64,000 nucleotides of DNA, taken from the NCBI GenBank assembly GCA_963702845.1, contig OY969763.1, positions 5,696,001 through 5,760,000 on the forward strand, read 5' to 3'. The first letter of the stretch is position 1. Each line of letters starts with the position of its first letter. The position numbers and the translations under genes are program-made. A model generated the notes under the pieces. The model did not search any database and was not told the DNA's origin. It was given only the letters and a program-made list of their open reading frames with translations. The stretch comes from an uncultured Verrucomicrobiae bacterium. Its GTDB lineage: Bacteria; Verrucomicrobiota; Verrucomicrobiia; Limisphaerales; Palsa-1400. Positions 21,455 through 30,986 of the stretch are shown in pieces.

Positions 21455-24289
21455 ATGAACTCGCAAAGATTACATTTTCTTCTGCTTTTGCCGCTGCTAG
21501 TTGTGCGGACGGTGTCAGGAGCGGTGGATGTTCAGGGGGCGACAAACGCCCCGGCGGTGAAGCATTGGTCGTATGTCGCGCCAGTCCGACCGGTGCTCCC
21601 GCGCGTCAAAAATCAAAAGTGGACAAGGAATGAAATCGATCGGTTCATCGTCGCGAGATTAGAGAAAGAAAAGCTGAAACCTTCGCCAGAAGCGGAGCGC
21701 GCGCGATTGCTGCGGCGTGTTTATCTCGACCTGATTGGGTTGCCGCCATCGCCGCAGGATGTCGAAAAATATTTTGCGGATAAAAGCCCCGACGCTTACG
21801 AGCAGGTCGTTAATCGATTGTTGGCATCGCCGCAATACGGCGTGCGTTGGGCGCGGCCATGGTTGGATGTGGCACGGTATGCTGATTCAGTCGGCTTTCA
21901 ACGCGATAATCTTTGGCAGCTCTGGCCGTATCGCGATTGGGTGATCAATGCATTGAATGCCGATGTGCCCTTTGATCAGTTTACGATCGAGCAACTCGCC
22001 GGCGATCTTTTGCCCAATGCGACTGTGGAACAAAAAATCGCGACCGGCTTCAATCGTTGCACGCCGATCAATGTCGAGGCCGGTTCAGACCAGGAGGAGA
22101 GTCGCGTCAACGAGGTTTTGGATCGCGTGAACACCCTTGGAACGGTGTGGCTTGGTTCGACGATTGAATGCTGCCAATGCCACAACCACAAATACGACCC
22201 GTTCACGCAAAAGGAATATTACCAGCTATTTGCTTTCTTTAACAATACACCGAAAGAATCCCGTTATGCCAACGCGCATACGACGATCGCGCTCGACTTT
22301 AATGGCCCGTATTTAAAGGTGCCCAATCCAAAAACCGACGAACAACGCGCCGCTATCGAAAAGCAAATTAGCGCGCTTGATAAGGACGCAGAGGTTGCGC
22401 GCAAAAACCTTGTTCTCGGGCAGGTAGCCTGGGAAAAGGAAACGCTGAGCACGATTTCAAACGTTGCGCAAATTTATGTTTTGGATGTCGCGAAATTTGA
22501 ATGCGAAAGCGGAACGGCTCACGAAATCCTCAACGACCAATCGATCATGCTTCATGACGATGACAATGACGCAGTTCCAGACCGCGATACCTATACCATT
22601 ACTGCCGAGACGAAGCTCACCGGCATCACAGGTTTTAAATTGGAAGTGCTCGCTGATCCTTCCCTTCACGGCGGCGGTCCGGGACGAGGCGATGCGCAGA
22701 GGCCTAATTTTATTTTGTCGCAATTTGAAGTGAGCGCGAAGTGCGGAAGCGAAAAGATGCAACCAGTCGCGATCCGAAAAGCGCGCGCCGATTTCAATCA
22801 GAAAAATTTCCCCGTCTTAAAGGCGATCACTCGCGACGCAAAGGCCGGGTGGGGCATCTCACCGCAATTTGGCAAAGATCATTGGGCGATTTTTGAAACA
22901 GCGTCGCCGATTGGTTCCGCGGCAGGAACAACGTTGACGTTCACGTTGGCGCAAAATTACGGCGGCTCACGTTTGATCGGACGACTACGGCTATCAGTGA
23001 TCACCGGAGATATCTCGCGCACAAATGTTCCCGCGGACGTGGTTACTATTTTACAAGTGCCCTCTTCCCAACGCAGCACCGCACAAGCAAAACGTATTGC
23101 CGATTACTACCTGAGTTGCCAGGCACCGCTACAAAAAATCGCAGCCGACCGCGCGAAATTGGAAAGCGAGCTAAAGACCGTTCAAACAACGACGACCCTC
23201 GCGATGGAGGAAATTCAATCGCGCGCGTCCACAATTTTCGTGCGCGGCAATTTTCTGGATAAAGGCGTTGTGGTTCAACCGGATGTTCCTGCGGTTTTGC
23301 CTCCGTTGACGGAAGAGCCGCGAAACCGTTTGACTTTGGCGCGATGGCTCGTCAGCACGAACAATCCTTTAACCGCGCGCGTCACGGTAAATCGATGGTG
23401 GACGGAGTTTTTCGGGCATGGACTGATTACGACGCCTGAAGATTTCGGCATCAAGGGCGATTTGCCCACACATCCGGAGTTGCTCGATTGGCTGGCGTGC
23501 GAATTGATGTCGCCACAAACGGATCTTCGCCCTGGCGAAAAACCGTGGTCGATGAAACACATCCATCGACTCATCGTCACGTCCGCAACCTATCGCCAGT
23601 CTTCACGGATCACTCCCGAACTTCGCGACCGCGATGATCTAAACAAACTTTACGCACGCGGCCCGCGCTTCCGCCTCGACGCAGAAATGATTCGCGACAA
23701 CGCGCTCACTGCCGCCGGCTTGCTGAGTTTGAAAATGGGCGGCGCGCCTGTGCATCCGTATCAACCGCCCGGTCTCTGGGAAAGCAAGGTCGGCGGCGTT
23801 CCGCTGCGATATGTGATCAGCGACGGCGAGGACCGGTATCGTCGCGGAATTTATACCGTAATCAAACGCACATCGCCTTACCCAAGCTTCATTACGTTTG
23901 ATGCTCCGAATCGAAATACGTGTGTCGTGCGGCGGTCTCGCTCAAACACTCCGTTGCAGGCGTTGACGACGTTAGACGACCCAGTTTATGTGGAAGCTGC
24001 CGGCGCGCTGGCAAAACGCGTTTTAGCGGAGAAATCATCGACGAGTGTTAAACAAAAGATCCAGTTTGCATTCGAGCTTTGCACCGCGCGTTTGCCTGAC
24101 AAATTTGAAGTCGCAGCTTTGCTGAAACTGTATCAGCAGCAATTGCAATCGTCGCAAAGCGCCGGGAACGACGCGCAAAAGCTGCTGCACGACAGTCGTC
24201 CTCCCGGAACGAACGCCGCCGAGTTCGCGGCGTGGTACAGCGTCGCTTCGGCAATCCTGAATCTCGATGAAACGATAACAAAAGGTTGA
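21455..24289 (+). CDS. DUF1549 + DUF1553 protein lacking the N-terminal cytochrome c domain
   Basis: HWSY directly after the signal peptide, WLDVARYADS, CCQCHNHKYDP, SNTPLQAL, LNLDETITKG. Confidence 0.93.
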   Translation: MNSQRLHFLLLLPLLVVRTVSGAVDVQGATNAPAVKHWSYVAPVRPVLPRVKNQKWTRNEIDRFIVARLEKEKLKPSPEAERARLLRRVYLDLIGLPPSPQDVEKYFADKSPDAYEQVVNRLLASPQYGVRWARPWLDVARYADSVGFQRDNLWQLWPYRDWVINALNADVPFDQFTIEQLAGDLLPNATVEQKIATGFNRCTPINVEAGSDQEESRVNEVLDRVNTLGTVWLGSTIECCQCHNHKYDPFTQKEYYQLFAFFNNTPKESRYANAHTTIALDFNGPYLKVPNPKTDEQRAAIEKQISALDKDAEVARKNLVLGQVAWEKETLSTISNVAQIYVLDVAKFECESGTAHEILNDQSIMLHDDDNDAVPDRDTYTITAETKLTGITGFKLEVLADPSLHGGGPGRGDAQRPNFILSQFEVSAKCGSEKMQPVAIRKARADFNQKNFPVLKAITRDAKAGWGISPQFGKDHWAIFETASPIGSAAGTTLTFTLAQNYGGSRLIGRLRLSVITGDISRTNVPADVVTILQVPSSQRSTAQAKRIADYYLSCQAPLQKIAADRAKLESELKTVQTTTTLAMEEIQSRASTIFVRGNFLDKGVVVQPDVPAVLPPLTEEPRNRLTLARWLVSTNNPLTARVTVNRWWTEFFGHGLITTPEDFGIKGDLPTHPELLDWLACELMSPQTDLRPGEKPWSMKHIHRLIVTSATYRQSSRITPELRDRDDLNKLYARGPRFRLDAEMIRDNALTAAGLLSLKMGGAPVHPYQPPGLWESKVGGVPLRYVISDGEDRYRRGIYTVIKRTSPYPSFITFDAPNRNTCVVRRSRSNTPLQALTTLDDPVYVEAAGALAKRVLAEKSSTSVKQKIQFAFELCTARLPDKFEVAALLKLYQQQLQSSQSAGNDAQKLLHDSRPPGTNAAEFAAWYSVASAILNLDETITKG

Positions 24290-24292
24290 ACG

Positions 24293-25735
24293 ATGAATCC
24301 TTTGGACGAGCATTTTTCACATATCAACCGGCGCTACTTTTTAAAGCGCACCGGTTTCGCGTTGGGCTCGATTGCTTTGGGCTCGTTGCTTGCAAAAACA
24401 TTTGGCCAAAATTCCCCACTGGCGAAACCCAGCCCACTGGCGCCAAAACAGCCGCAGTTTCCCGCGCGCGCCAAACAAGTGATCTACCTCCACATGGTTG
24501 GCGCTCCTTCTCAGCTCGACCTGTTCGATCACAAACCGTTGCTGGAACAGTATGACGATAAATTGTGTCCAGACGAGTTTATCAAGGGAAAGCGATTTGC
24601 TTTTTTGCGCGGACATCCAAAAATCGCCGCGTCGAAATTCAAATTTGCCCGCCATGGTAAAAGCGGTCAGGTCATTTCTGAACTTCTCCCGAATCTCGGC
24701 AACGTTGCCGACGACCTCGCGATTATCAACAGCGTGCGCACCGAGGAATTCAATCATGGTCCGGCACAATTGTTTTTACACACCGGCTTTGGCCGGCCTG
24801 GTCGCCCGAGTTTTGGCTCGTGGGTGACTTACGGGCTCGGCTCGGAAAATGAAAATCTTCCCGCGTATGTCGTTCTGCTTTCCGGCCCGCTCGCTGGCGC
24901 CGGGACGAGTTTGTGGTCCACCGGTTTTCTGCCAAGCATTTATCAGGGCGTGCAGTTTCGTTCGAGCGGCGATCCGGTCTTGTTTCTTTCCAATCCAGAA
25001 GGTCACTCTCGCGCTGATCGCAGACGCTTGCTAAATACAGTGTCGGCTTTGAACGAACATGCGCTTGCGGACGTGGGTGATTCGGAAATTGCCACGCGCA
25101 TTGGTCAATACGAAATGGCCTACCGCATGCAGACGTCCGTGCCCGAGTTGGCCGACCTTTCCAAAGAATCGCCGCAAACGCTGGCCATGTACGGCGCGAA
25201 GCCCGGCCAAGCCTCCTTTGCCAATAATTGTTTGCTCGCGCGACGCCTTATCGAACGCGGTGTTCGCATCGTGCAGCTCTTTGATTCGAGCTGGGATCAT
25301 CACACTGATATCGCTCATGGATTGCCGCGAAAATGTCGTGATGTTGATCAGGGCATGGCGGCGCTCATTGAGGATTTGAAACAACGTGGATTACTGGATG
25401 AAACGCTCGTGATTTGGGGCGGCGAATTCGGACGCACTCCCATGCAGCAGGTCCAGGCGGGCGACGGCAATAGTGCTAAGCCGGGGCGTGATCATCATAA
25501 GGACGCTTTCACCATGTGGTTGGCAGGCGGCGGGACAAAGCCCGGTATCACTTACGGCAGGACCGACGATTTCGGATATGGCGTCGCCGAAAATCCGGTT
25601 CACGTCCATGACCTGAACGCGACCGTATTGCACCTTCTCGGAATTAATCACGAGAAACTGACGTTCAAATATCAAGGGCGAGAGTTTCGACTAACAGACG
25701 TTCACGGCCAAGTGGTAAACGATCTTCTCGCGTGA
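24293..25735 (+). CDS. DUF1501 protein
   Basis: [38 protein letters not shown]. Confidence 0.93.
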   Translation: MNPLDEHFSHINRRYFLKRTGFALGSIALGSLLAKTFGQNSPLAKPSPLAPKQPQFPARAKQVIYLHMVGAPSQLDLFDHKPLLEQYDDKLCPDEFIKGKRFAFLRGHPKIAASKFKFARHGKSGQVISELLPNLGNVADDLAIINSVRTEEFNHGPAQLFLHTGFGRPGRPSFGSWVTYGLGSENENLPAYVVLLSGPLAGAGTSLWSTGFLPSIYQGVQFRSSGDPVLFLSNPEGHSRADRRRLLNTVSALNEHALADVGDSEIATRIGQYEMAYRMQTSVPELADLSKESPQTLAMYGAKPGQASFANNCLLARRLIERGVRIVQLFDSSWDHHTDIAHGLPRKCRDVDQGMAALIEDLKQRGLLDETLVIWGGEFGRTPMQQVQAGDGNSAKPGRDHHKDAFTMWLAGGGTKPGITYGRTDDFGYGVAENPVHVHDLNATVLHLLGINHEKLTFKYQGREFRLTDVHGQVVNDLLA

Positions 25736-25736
25736 G

Positions 25737-26231
25737 TTAGAGGGGCCCCAATTTTTTTCGCAGCGGCTCTAAATCAGCATCGGTTGCCACGAGTTCGGCG
25801 ATTTCATTTTTGTCGCCATTTTTGCGCGCCAAATCCAACCAATTCTTTCCCTCGTCAAGATTCCCGAGTTGAACGGCGTAACAAGCCATGTTGTATCGCA
25901 TCAACCACTCCTTCGGGAATCGGTCGAGAACCGACTTCAACGCATCGTAAGCCTCGCTAGTTTTTCGCAGTTCGTGCAGGGCGTAAGCGAGATGAATCCA
26001 GCCGAATGGGGCATTGGGATGTGTCGCTGTGATCGCTCGCGCCGCGGTGACGGCTTTTTCCCAAGCCTTTGTTTTCGCGTGAATCTGCCACTGCAGTTCC
26101 ATCACGATGAGGTGAGGTTTAAAGTGGGTGACTTTATCTAGCTCTGATTGCGCTTCGGCGGGATTGTTAAGTTCGAGCCAGCCTTGTGCGGCGTTTACGA
26201 AATGAATGTCTGGTGGCTCTAAATCTTTCAC
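25737..26231 (-). CDS. TPR protein with TPR-end-type C-terminus
   Basis: LEPPD..AAQGWLEL, YNMACY, DADLEPLR; GTG start inferred. Confidence 0.8.
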   Translation of the reverse strand: MKDLEPPDIHFVNAAQGWLELNNPAEAQSELDKVTHFKPHLIVMELQWQIHAKTKAWEKAVTAARAITATHPNAPFGWIHLAYALHELRKTSEAYDALKSVLDRFPKEWLMRYNMACYAVQLGNLDEGKNWLDLARKNGDKNEIAELVATDADLEPLRKKLGPL

Positions 26232-26239
26232 TGGAGGTT

Positions 26240-28951
26240 TCAAGGCGATCTGAGGCGGAAGAACCCTTGGGCGGAGTTCGTGCCGAAGACGTTGGTGATT
26301 TGCAATTGTCCGGAACCGTTTGCAAAGTTGGTGCTCACGTCGATCCAGCCTACGAGGTCCGTGGACGCTTGCAAGACCCATGGTTGATTGGCGAACCCGG
26401 TCGCAGTGATCACAAAATTTGAGCTGCTTAGGATCTGGGCACCGGTGACAACAGGTGCCGGAAGATTTGAATAAACGGCGGTTACGGTCGCGTTGTTCGC
26501 GGGCATAGTGAAGAGGGTGGAGGGCGAGAACGCATTACTCACAGCGGCGCCGGTCCATTGGAAAAAGAACTGTCCTGCCGGCGCGGGATTTGCCGACAAC
26601 GAAACAATGCTGCCCGCGCCAACACTTCCGGAGCCGGAACCGTTGTTGACGGTGAGTGAGTAGGCGCTCGCCGCATTGGTGCGCCAGTAGCGAAGGAATT
26701 GGCGGAGCGCGAGGGGCGCGTTGGTGGGCGACGCGCGGCCAGCCTGATCTTTGTCGTTGATGCCATGGCAATTCGCACAGGTGCGGACTTCGCCAGCACG
26801 GAAATTCAGCCAGTAACGTTCCTTCACTATGCTTTCATTAGTGACGCCGGTAAGTTGCCAGGTCACGGCGCGTCCAGCGGGCACAATCGTGGCCTGCGAA
26901 CCATCGGACATGATCTGGGTGCCGCCGACCGGCGCATTGTTCGCGGCGCTGGGATAATTGAAGGCGGTCGTCGCATACATCGGCGTGGCAAGGATTCGCC
27001 GGCCGGGTTGCACGGTATTTAAAGAGCCAAAATTATAGCCGCGTAAATAATCGGCTTCGAGAAATTGCAGGTGCGTGATGTTGTAAATCTTTCCCGTATT
27101 GGTGCCGAGGGTGGTGACGCCTCCAGGAACGGAGAGATTGTACGGTTGCTGTTTATCGGCGGCATCGCGAGCGGTGACATTGCGGCTCACCACCAAAGCG
27201 AGGCCTCGTTGCGCAAGATCCGCTTGGAAAGTTGGCATATCCACGGACTCCGAGGCGAATACCTGCTGCTCGATTGTAGCTGGCGGCGTGACGACCAGTG
27301 GCGGAACGGGGCGAGCGCGGACTTCGACCGGTTGCAATTCCCAAAGCGGTCCGGCATTCGTGACGAGCGTACCGCCATCCCAATAGATCGCGATATTCGT
27401 CAAACCACCGGTGACAACGGCATTTGTCACCCAGGTCGCGCCGCTCTTGGTCAAAGTCATGAGCCGGAAGTGGTACATCGAAGTTGGTGCGCTGGCAGTG
27501 CCGAGATTTGTGTCCCAGCCGCCGAAGTTGGTGCCGGTAAATGTTCGCGTGTATGCCGCCAGCAACGAACCGTCGGACATCGGCAGTGGATTTCGAAAAA
27601 GGCCGACGGGATTATTCGGCCCGTTCGCGCCCGACTTGGGCGTGATGTAACTGATGTCCATGTTGGTCGGGTTCAGGCCCGCAGCGCCAGTGAGCGAAAC
27701 AATCTGACCGGAGGCATGCGCGCCGCCGAAGATCGAAATATCCTGCGCGTCCACCCCGAAATACGTGCCCGGATGGACGGGATCCTCCGTGATTTGAATG
27801 AAGTTCTGGATGTAATTGGTGTTCGAACTGTTGATGCCAAAGCTGGCACGCGCCGAAGGATTGGTGAACGCGATCAGGTTTGGATCATTGATGAAACTGG
27901 GCAAAATGTTTGGCATTAACTCGTGACGGCCCACGTGGTTGAGCACTTCCTCATTGCCGCCGACCTGGTCCAACGCCCAGGGAAGCAGCAAATTGAAGCC
28001 GTTGGGATTTACACCGAGGGACGCGGAATAGTTGGTGTCGAAATCCACCGGCTCGGGAAACGTCTCCAGTGGGTTTGATGCAAGAACAACTGCGTTCGAC
28101 GCCTCGCTGGTGAATGTGAAAGCACCATTGGTTGAGCGCCCGAGGCGATCGTCAGCGGCGCTCGAATCCTGCACCAGGTGATCCCAACGCGTAACAATTA
28201 ACCGTCCGAAACTGTCCACGAACGGATTAAATACGCCGCTGGGAAGATGCTCGAGCATCCGCAGGTCGCCCGTTAGCGGATCAAGACTGTACGTGCCGCT
28301 GACTGTCGGTGCACCTTTGTATTCGTCGCGTTGCGGGTAAAGCCAGGATACGCCATTGAACGGCCGGTCGCTCGTGAAGATGATGCGACCATCGGAACCA
28401 TAGCAGGGACTAACGTTGTTGTAGTTCGTCGGTTGATTCGAAACTTTTATGATCGCAGGAGTGGCGTTGGAGGCAATGACGGTTGCTAGATTCGTCAACT
28501 CGTAGAGTTGCCAGAAGAAGACGTTGGTGTCCCCTGCAAAACGGGGAGCGCCGACCACCATGCTAAAGAGAACGCGGCTGCCATCCCAATAAATTTGCGG
28601 ATCGCGCACGTCGATGCCATTTGTGTGTTGGACTCCATCGACGCCATAGCCGGCGGCGCGCGTGAGATTCAACAACGAGCCGTTCGTCTTCGCGAGCCAC
28701 AAATCTCCGCCACGCGCCGCATGGGCCGTGTCGGGCAGATGATTGCCGAAAATTGTAACGACCGACAGGAACGTGTTCGAAACGGTGCCGTTCAACTCGC
28801 GTGGGATGGGCGGTTGCGTCACAAACACGAGCGGATTCGGCAACGTAATGGCGTGCGCAGGAAGGATGAGCAACGCCAGCCAGAGCATCGCAAGCTGGTA
28901 TTTGCAGCATTGCCGCATGCCTTTCATCGTTGGAAATTTTGTTGACAACAT
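26240..28951 (-). CDS. Secreted HzsA-related (hydrazine synthase alpha-like) beta-propeller protein with CxxCH, InlB-B-like repeat and C-terminal domain
   Basis: VRDPQIYWDGSRVLFSM, PCYGSDGRIIFTSDR, VPAGRAVTWQL..GEVRTCANCHG, FFQWTG..TLFTMPANNATVTAVY, GFFRLRSP. Confidence 0.75.
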   Translation of the reverse strand: MLSTKFPTMKGMRQCCKYQLAMLWLALLILPAHAITLPNPLVFVTQPPIPRELNGTVSNTFLSVVTIFGNHLPDTAHAARGGDLWLAKTNGSLLNLTRAAGYGVDGVQHTNGIDVRDPQIYWDGSRVLFSMVVGAPRFAGDTNVFFWQLYELTNLATVIASNATPAIIKVSNQPTNYNNVSPCYGSDGRIIFTSDRPFNGVSWLYPQRDEYKGAPTVSGTYSLDPLTGDLRMLEHLPSGVFNPFVDSFGRLIVTRWDHLVQDSSAADDRLGRSTNGAFTFTSEASNAVVLASNPLETFPEPVDFDTNYSASLGVNPNGFNLLLPWALDQVGGNEEVLNHVGRHELMPNILPSFINDPNLIAFTNPSARASFGINSSNTNYIQNFIQITEDPVHPGTYFGVDAQDISIFGGAHASGQIVSLTGAAGLNPTNMDISYITPKSGANGPNNPVGLFRNPLPMSDGSLLAAYTRTFTGTNFGGWDTNLGTASAPTSMYHFRLMTLTKSGATWVTNAVVTGGLTNIAIYWDGGTLVTNAGPLWELQPVEVRARPVPPLVVTPPATIEQQVFASESVDMPTFQADLAQRGLALVVSRNVTARDAADKQQPYNLSVPGGVTTLGTNTGKIYNITHLQFLEADYLRGYNFGSLNTVQPGRRILATPMYATTAFNYPSAANNAPVGGTQIMSDGSQATIVPAGRAVTWQLTGVTNESIVKERYWLNFRAGEVRTCANCHGINDKDQAGRASPTNAPLALRQFLRYWRTNAASAYSLTVNNGSGSGSVGAGSIVSLSANPAPAGQFFFQWTGAAVSNAFSPSTLFTMPANNATVTAVYSNLPAPVVTGAQILSSSNFVITATGFANQPWVLQASTDLVGWIDVSTNFANGSGQLQITNVFGTNSAQGFFRLRSP

Positions 28952-29031
28952 CGGGTACGATGAGCAGATCCTATTCCATTCGCTTCCATTCTCACAGAAA
29001 TCGAAGAGGCACGTAAGCGGTTGATTACAAA

Positions 29032-29105
29032 TGGAGCGGGTGAAGGGAATCGAACCCTCGTCTCAGGCTTGGGAAGCCCACGTTCTACCATTGAACCACA
29101 CCCGC
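29032..29105 (-). tRNA. tRNA-Gly(CCC)
   Basis: Reverse complement GCGGGTGTGGTTCAATGGTAGAACGTGGGCTTCCCAAGCCTGAGACGAGGGTTCGATTCCCTTCACCCGCTCCA. Confidence 0.97.
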
Positions 29106-29143
29106 TTCAACAAGGCTGAATTCTAAAGGCTAAAGGCCAAAGT

Positions 29144-30109
29144 TCAAGGCGCATCTCCCAACGCTTCTTTTGCAACCCAGCCGAAAACTGGATCGCAATT
29201 CGAGGCTTCAACGGCACCGTAAATAAACGTCATCGTTTTTGGCGCAAGTTCTTTGGCTTTCGGGTGGCGCAGTGGGTAGTAAGTCGGTTGGACAAATGGG
29301 CGGATGCCAATGGCAGGCCGGAACGTGAGTTGGTCGCTCAGCAAAAATGAATCGAGCCCCTGGCCACCCAGGCCGAATCCCGGGACAGAGTAAAGGACGT
29401 TGATCGTGCCACTCGGGCGCCGCAAGTAGTGCGACGGGGCAGGGCCGTTCGCTTCTTTGACGACAGCGAGTTCGCCGTAAGGTGTTTGATACGCGTTCGG
29501 ATCGCCCCCCGTAATTTTATAAACTGTTTTTGCCAACGGCAGCGAAGGCAATTTACCCAAGCCGACACCGAACCGTTCGAGCAACGTTTTCTTATCAACT
29601 ACATCTTCAGCGCGCAACCACGCGGACGTGCCTATCATCCCGTGAACAAATTGCGTCTTGTCCATTGGATCGATGACGCGCGGGTCGGGAACGATATCTG
29701 TCGCAAAGCAGTAAAGATAAAGTTGGCCGTTAATGACTTTGGACATTCCGTAGTTGAACTTGGCTCCGGGAAACGTCTTTCCTTCGTGATGTCCAACAGC
29801 GACCGTCCCGAGGCGCACGCCCGCGCCATCCACAACCTCCGTATTCGGACGAACCTCCCAAACGACGCTGTGCTTAGGCGTCAGGGCGGAGGGATTGACG
29901 ATCCGATTGCTGCGTAAAAAGCCGCGATGCGGCACGCCGAGAACGTGACCATTGAGTTCGCTGCCGTAACAAATGCGGCCGTTAGATTCGAACCGGCGAT
30001 TGTCCGGGAACTGTTTGATCAGCCGGGCGTCGTGGACATCGGAAATGTTCGACAGTGCGTGGACGCAACCGATCGCGAGAATCAAACAAACAAGCGCAGC
30101 CCGCATCAC
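29144..30109 (-). CDS. Hypothetical exported protein
   Basis: 321-aa ORF with a signal-like N-terminus, start overlapping the fabI stop codon. Confidence 0.7.
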   Translation of the reverse strand: MMRAALVCLILAIGCVHALSNISDVHDARLIKQFPDNRRFESNGRICYGSELNGHVLGVPHRGFLRSNRIVNPSALTPKHSVVWEVRPNTEVVDGAGVRLGTVAVGHHEGKTFPGAKFNYGMSKVINGQLYLYCFATDIVPDPRVIDPMDKTQFVHGMIGTSAWLRAEDVVDKKTLLERFGVGLGKLPSLPLAKTVYKITGGDPNAYQTPYGELAVVKEANGPAPSHYLRRPSGTINVLYSVPGFGLGGQGLDSFLLSDQLTFRPAIGIRPFVQPTYYPLRHPKAKELAPKTMTFIYGAVEASNCDPVFGWVAKEALGDAP

Positions 30110-30873
30110 ATCCCCATGATCTGATAACCCGAATCGACGTAGATAACCTGGCCGGTGATCGCGCCTGCGCCGTCGCTGGCGAGGAATGTTCCCGTCGCGC
30201 CGAGTTCTTCGGGCAGCACATTGCGTTTGAGTGGCGCGTGCGCTTCGTAGTGCTTGAGCATGTCCGTGAAACCGGCGATGCCGCGCGCAGCCAACGTATT
30301 CACTGGACCGGCGCTGATGCAGTTAACGCGAATTTTTTTCGGACCGAGATCGTAAGCGAGATAGCGCGTGCTCGATTCCAGCGCAGCTTTGGCCACGCCC
30401 ATAACGTTGTAGTGCGGGACAACTTTTTCAGAACCGTAGTAAGTCATCGCAACGATGCTGCCGCCGTCGGTCATCAAAGGTGCCGCGCCGCGTGCCAGAG
30501 CGATCAGCGAGTAAGCGGAGACGTCGTGCGCAACGCGGAAGGCTTCGCGGCTGGTGTTCACGAAATTTCCTTCGAGTGCTTCTTTTGGTGCGAACGCAAC
30601 CGAATGAAGGAGCAAATTGAGTTTGCCGAATTTTTTGCCGACTTCCGCAAAAACGTTGTCGATGTCGCCATCTTTAGTGACGTCGCACGGAATGAGCAGA
30701 GTGTCTTTGCCAAATGTGCCAGCCAGTTCTTCGACGTTTTCCTTGAGTCGTTCGCCTTGATACGTGAAGGCGAGGGTCGCGCCAGCTTTGGCCCACGCCT
30801 GTGCGATCGCCCAAGCGATTGACCGTTTATTAGCGACACCGACAACAAGACCGATTTTACCGTTCAGCAACAT
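30106..30873 (-). CDS. fabI: Enoyl-ACP reductase
   Basis: GVANKRSIAWAIA, HSVAFAP, YNVMGVAKAALE, ISAGPVNTLAA. Confidence 0.97.
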   Translation of the reverse strand: MLLNGKIGLVVGVANKRSIAWAIAQAWAKAGATLAFTYQGERLKENVEELAGTFGKDTLLIPCDVTKDGDIDNVFAEVGKKFGKLNLLLHSVAFAPKEALEGNFVNTSREAFRVAHDVSAYSLIALARGAAPLMTDGGSIVAMTYYGSEKVVPHYNVMGVAKAALESSTRYLAYDLGPKKIRVNCISAGPVNTLAARGIAGFTDMLKHYEAHAPLKRNVLPEELGATGTFLASDGAGAITGQVIYVDSGYQIMGM

Positions 30874-30915
30874 AGTTGGAATTGAGCAAGCGAGTGAGGC
30901 GATGTCAAGAAAACT

Positions 30916-30986
30916 GGTAGGGCGTGTCGCTCCGCGACCGCCTTATTTTTGTTGCAAACGGCGCGCCTGGAGCGACACACCCTACC
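30916..30986. repeat. Inverted GTAG-type REP pair
   Basis: GGTAGGGCGTGTCGCTCC ... GGAGCGACACACCCTACC; the right copy contains the deacylase stop codon. Confidence 0.85.

Noticed and set aside
26240..28951. Anammox capability
   Set aside because: Only a distant HzsA-like domain; no hzsB/C or hydrazine dehydrogenase genes.
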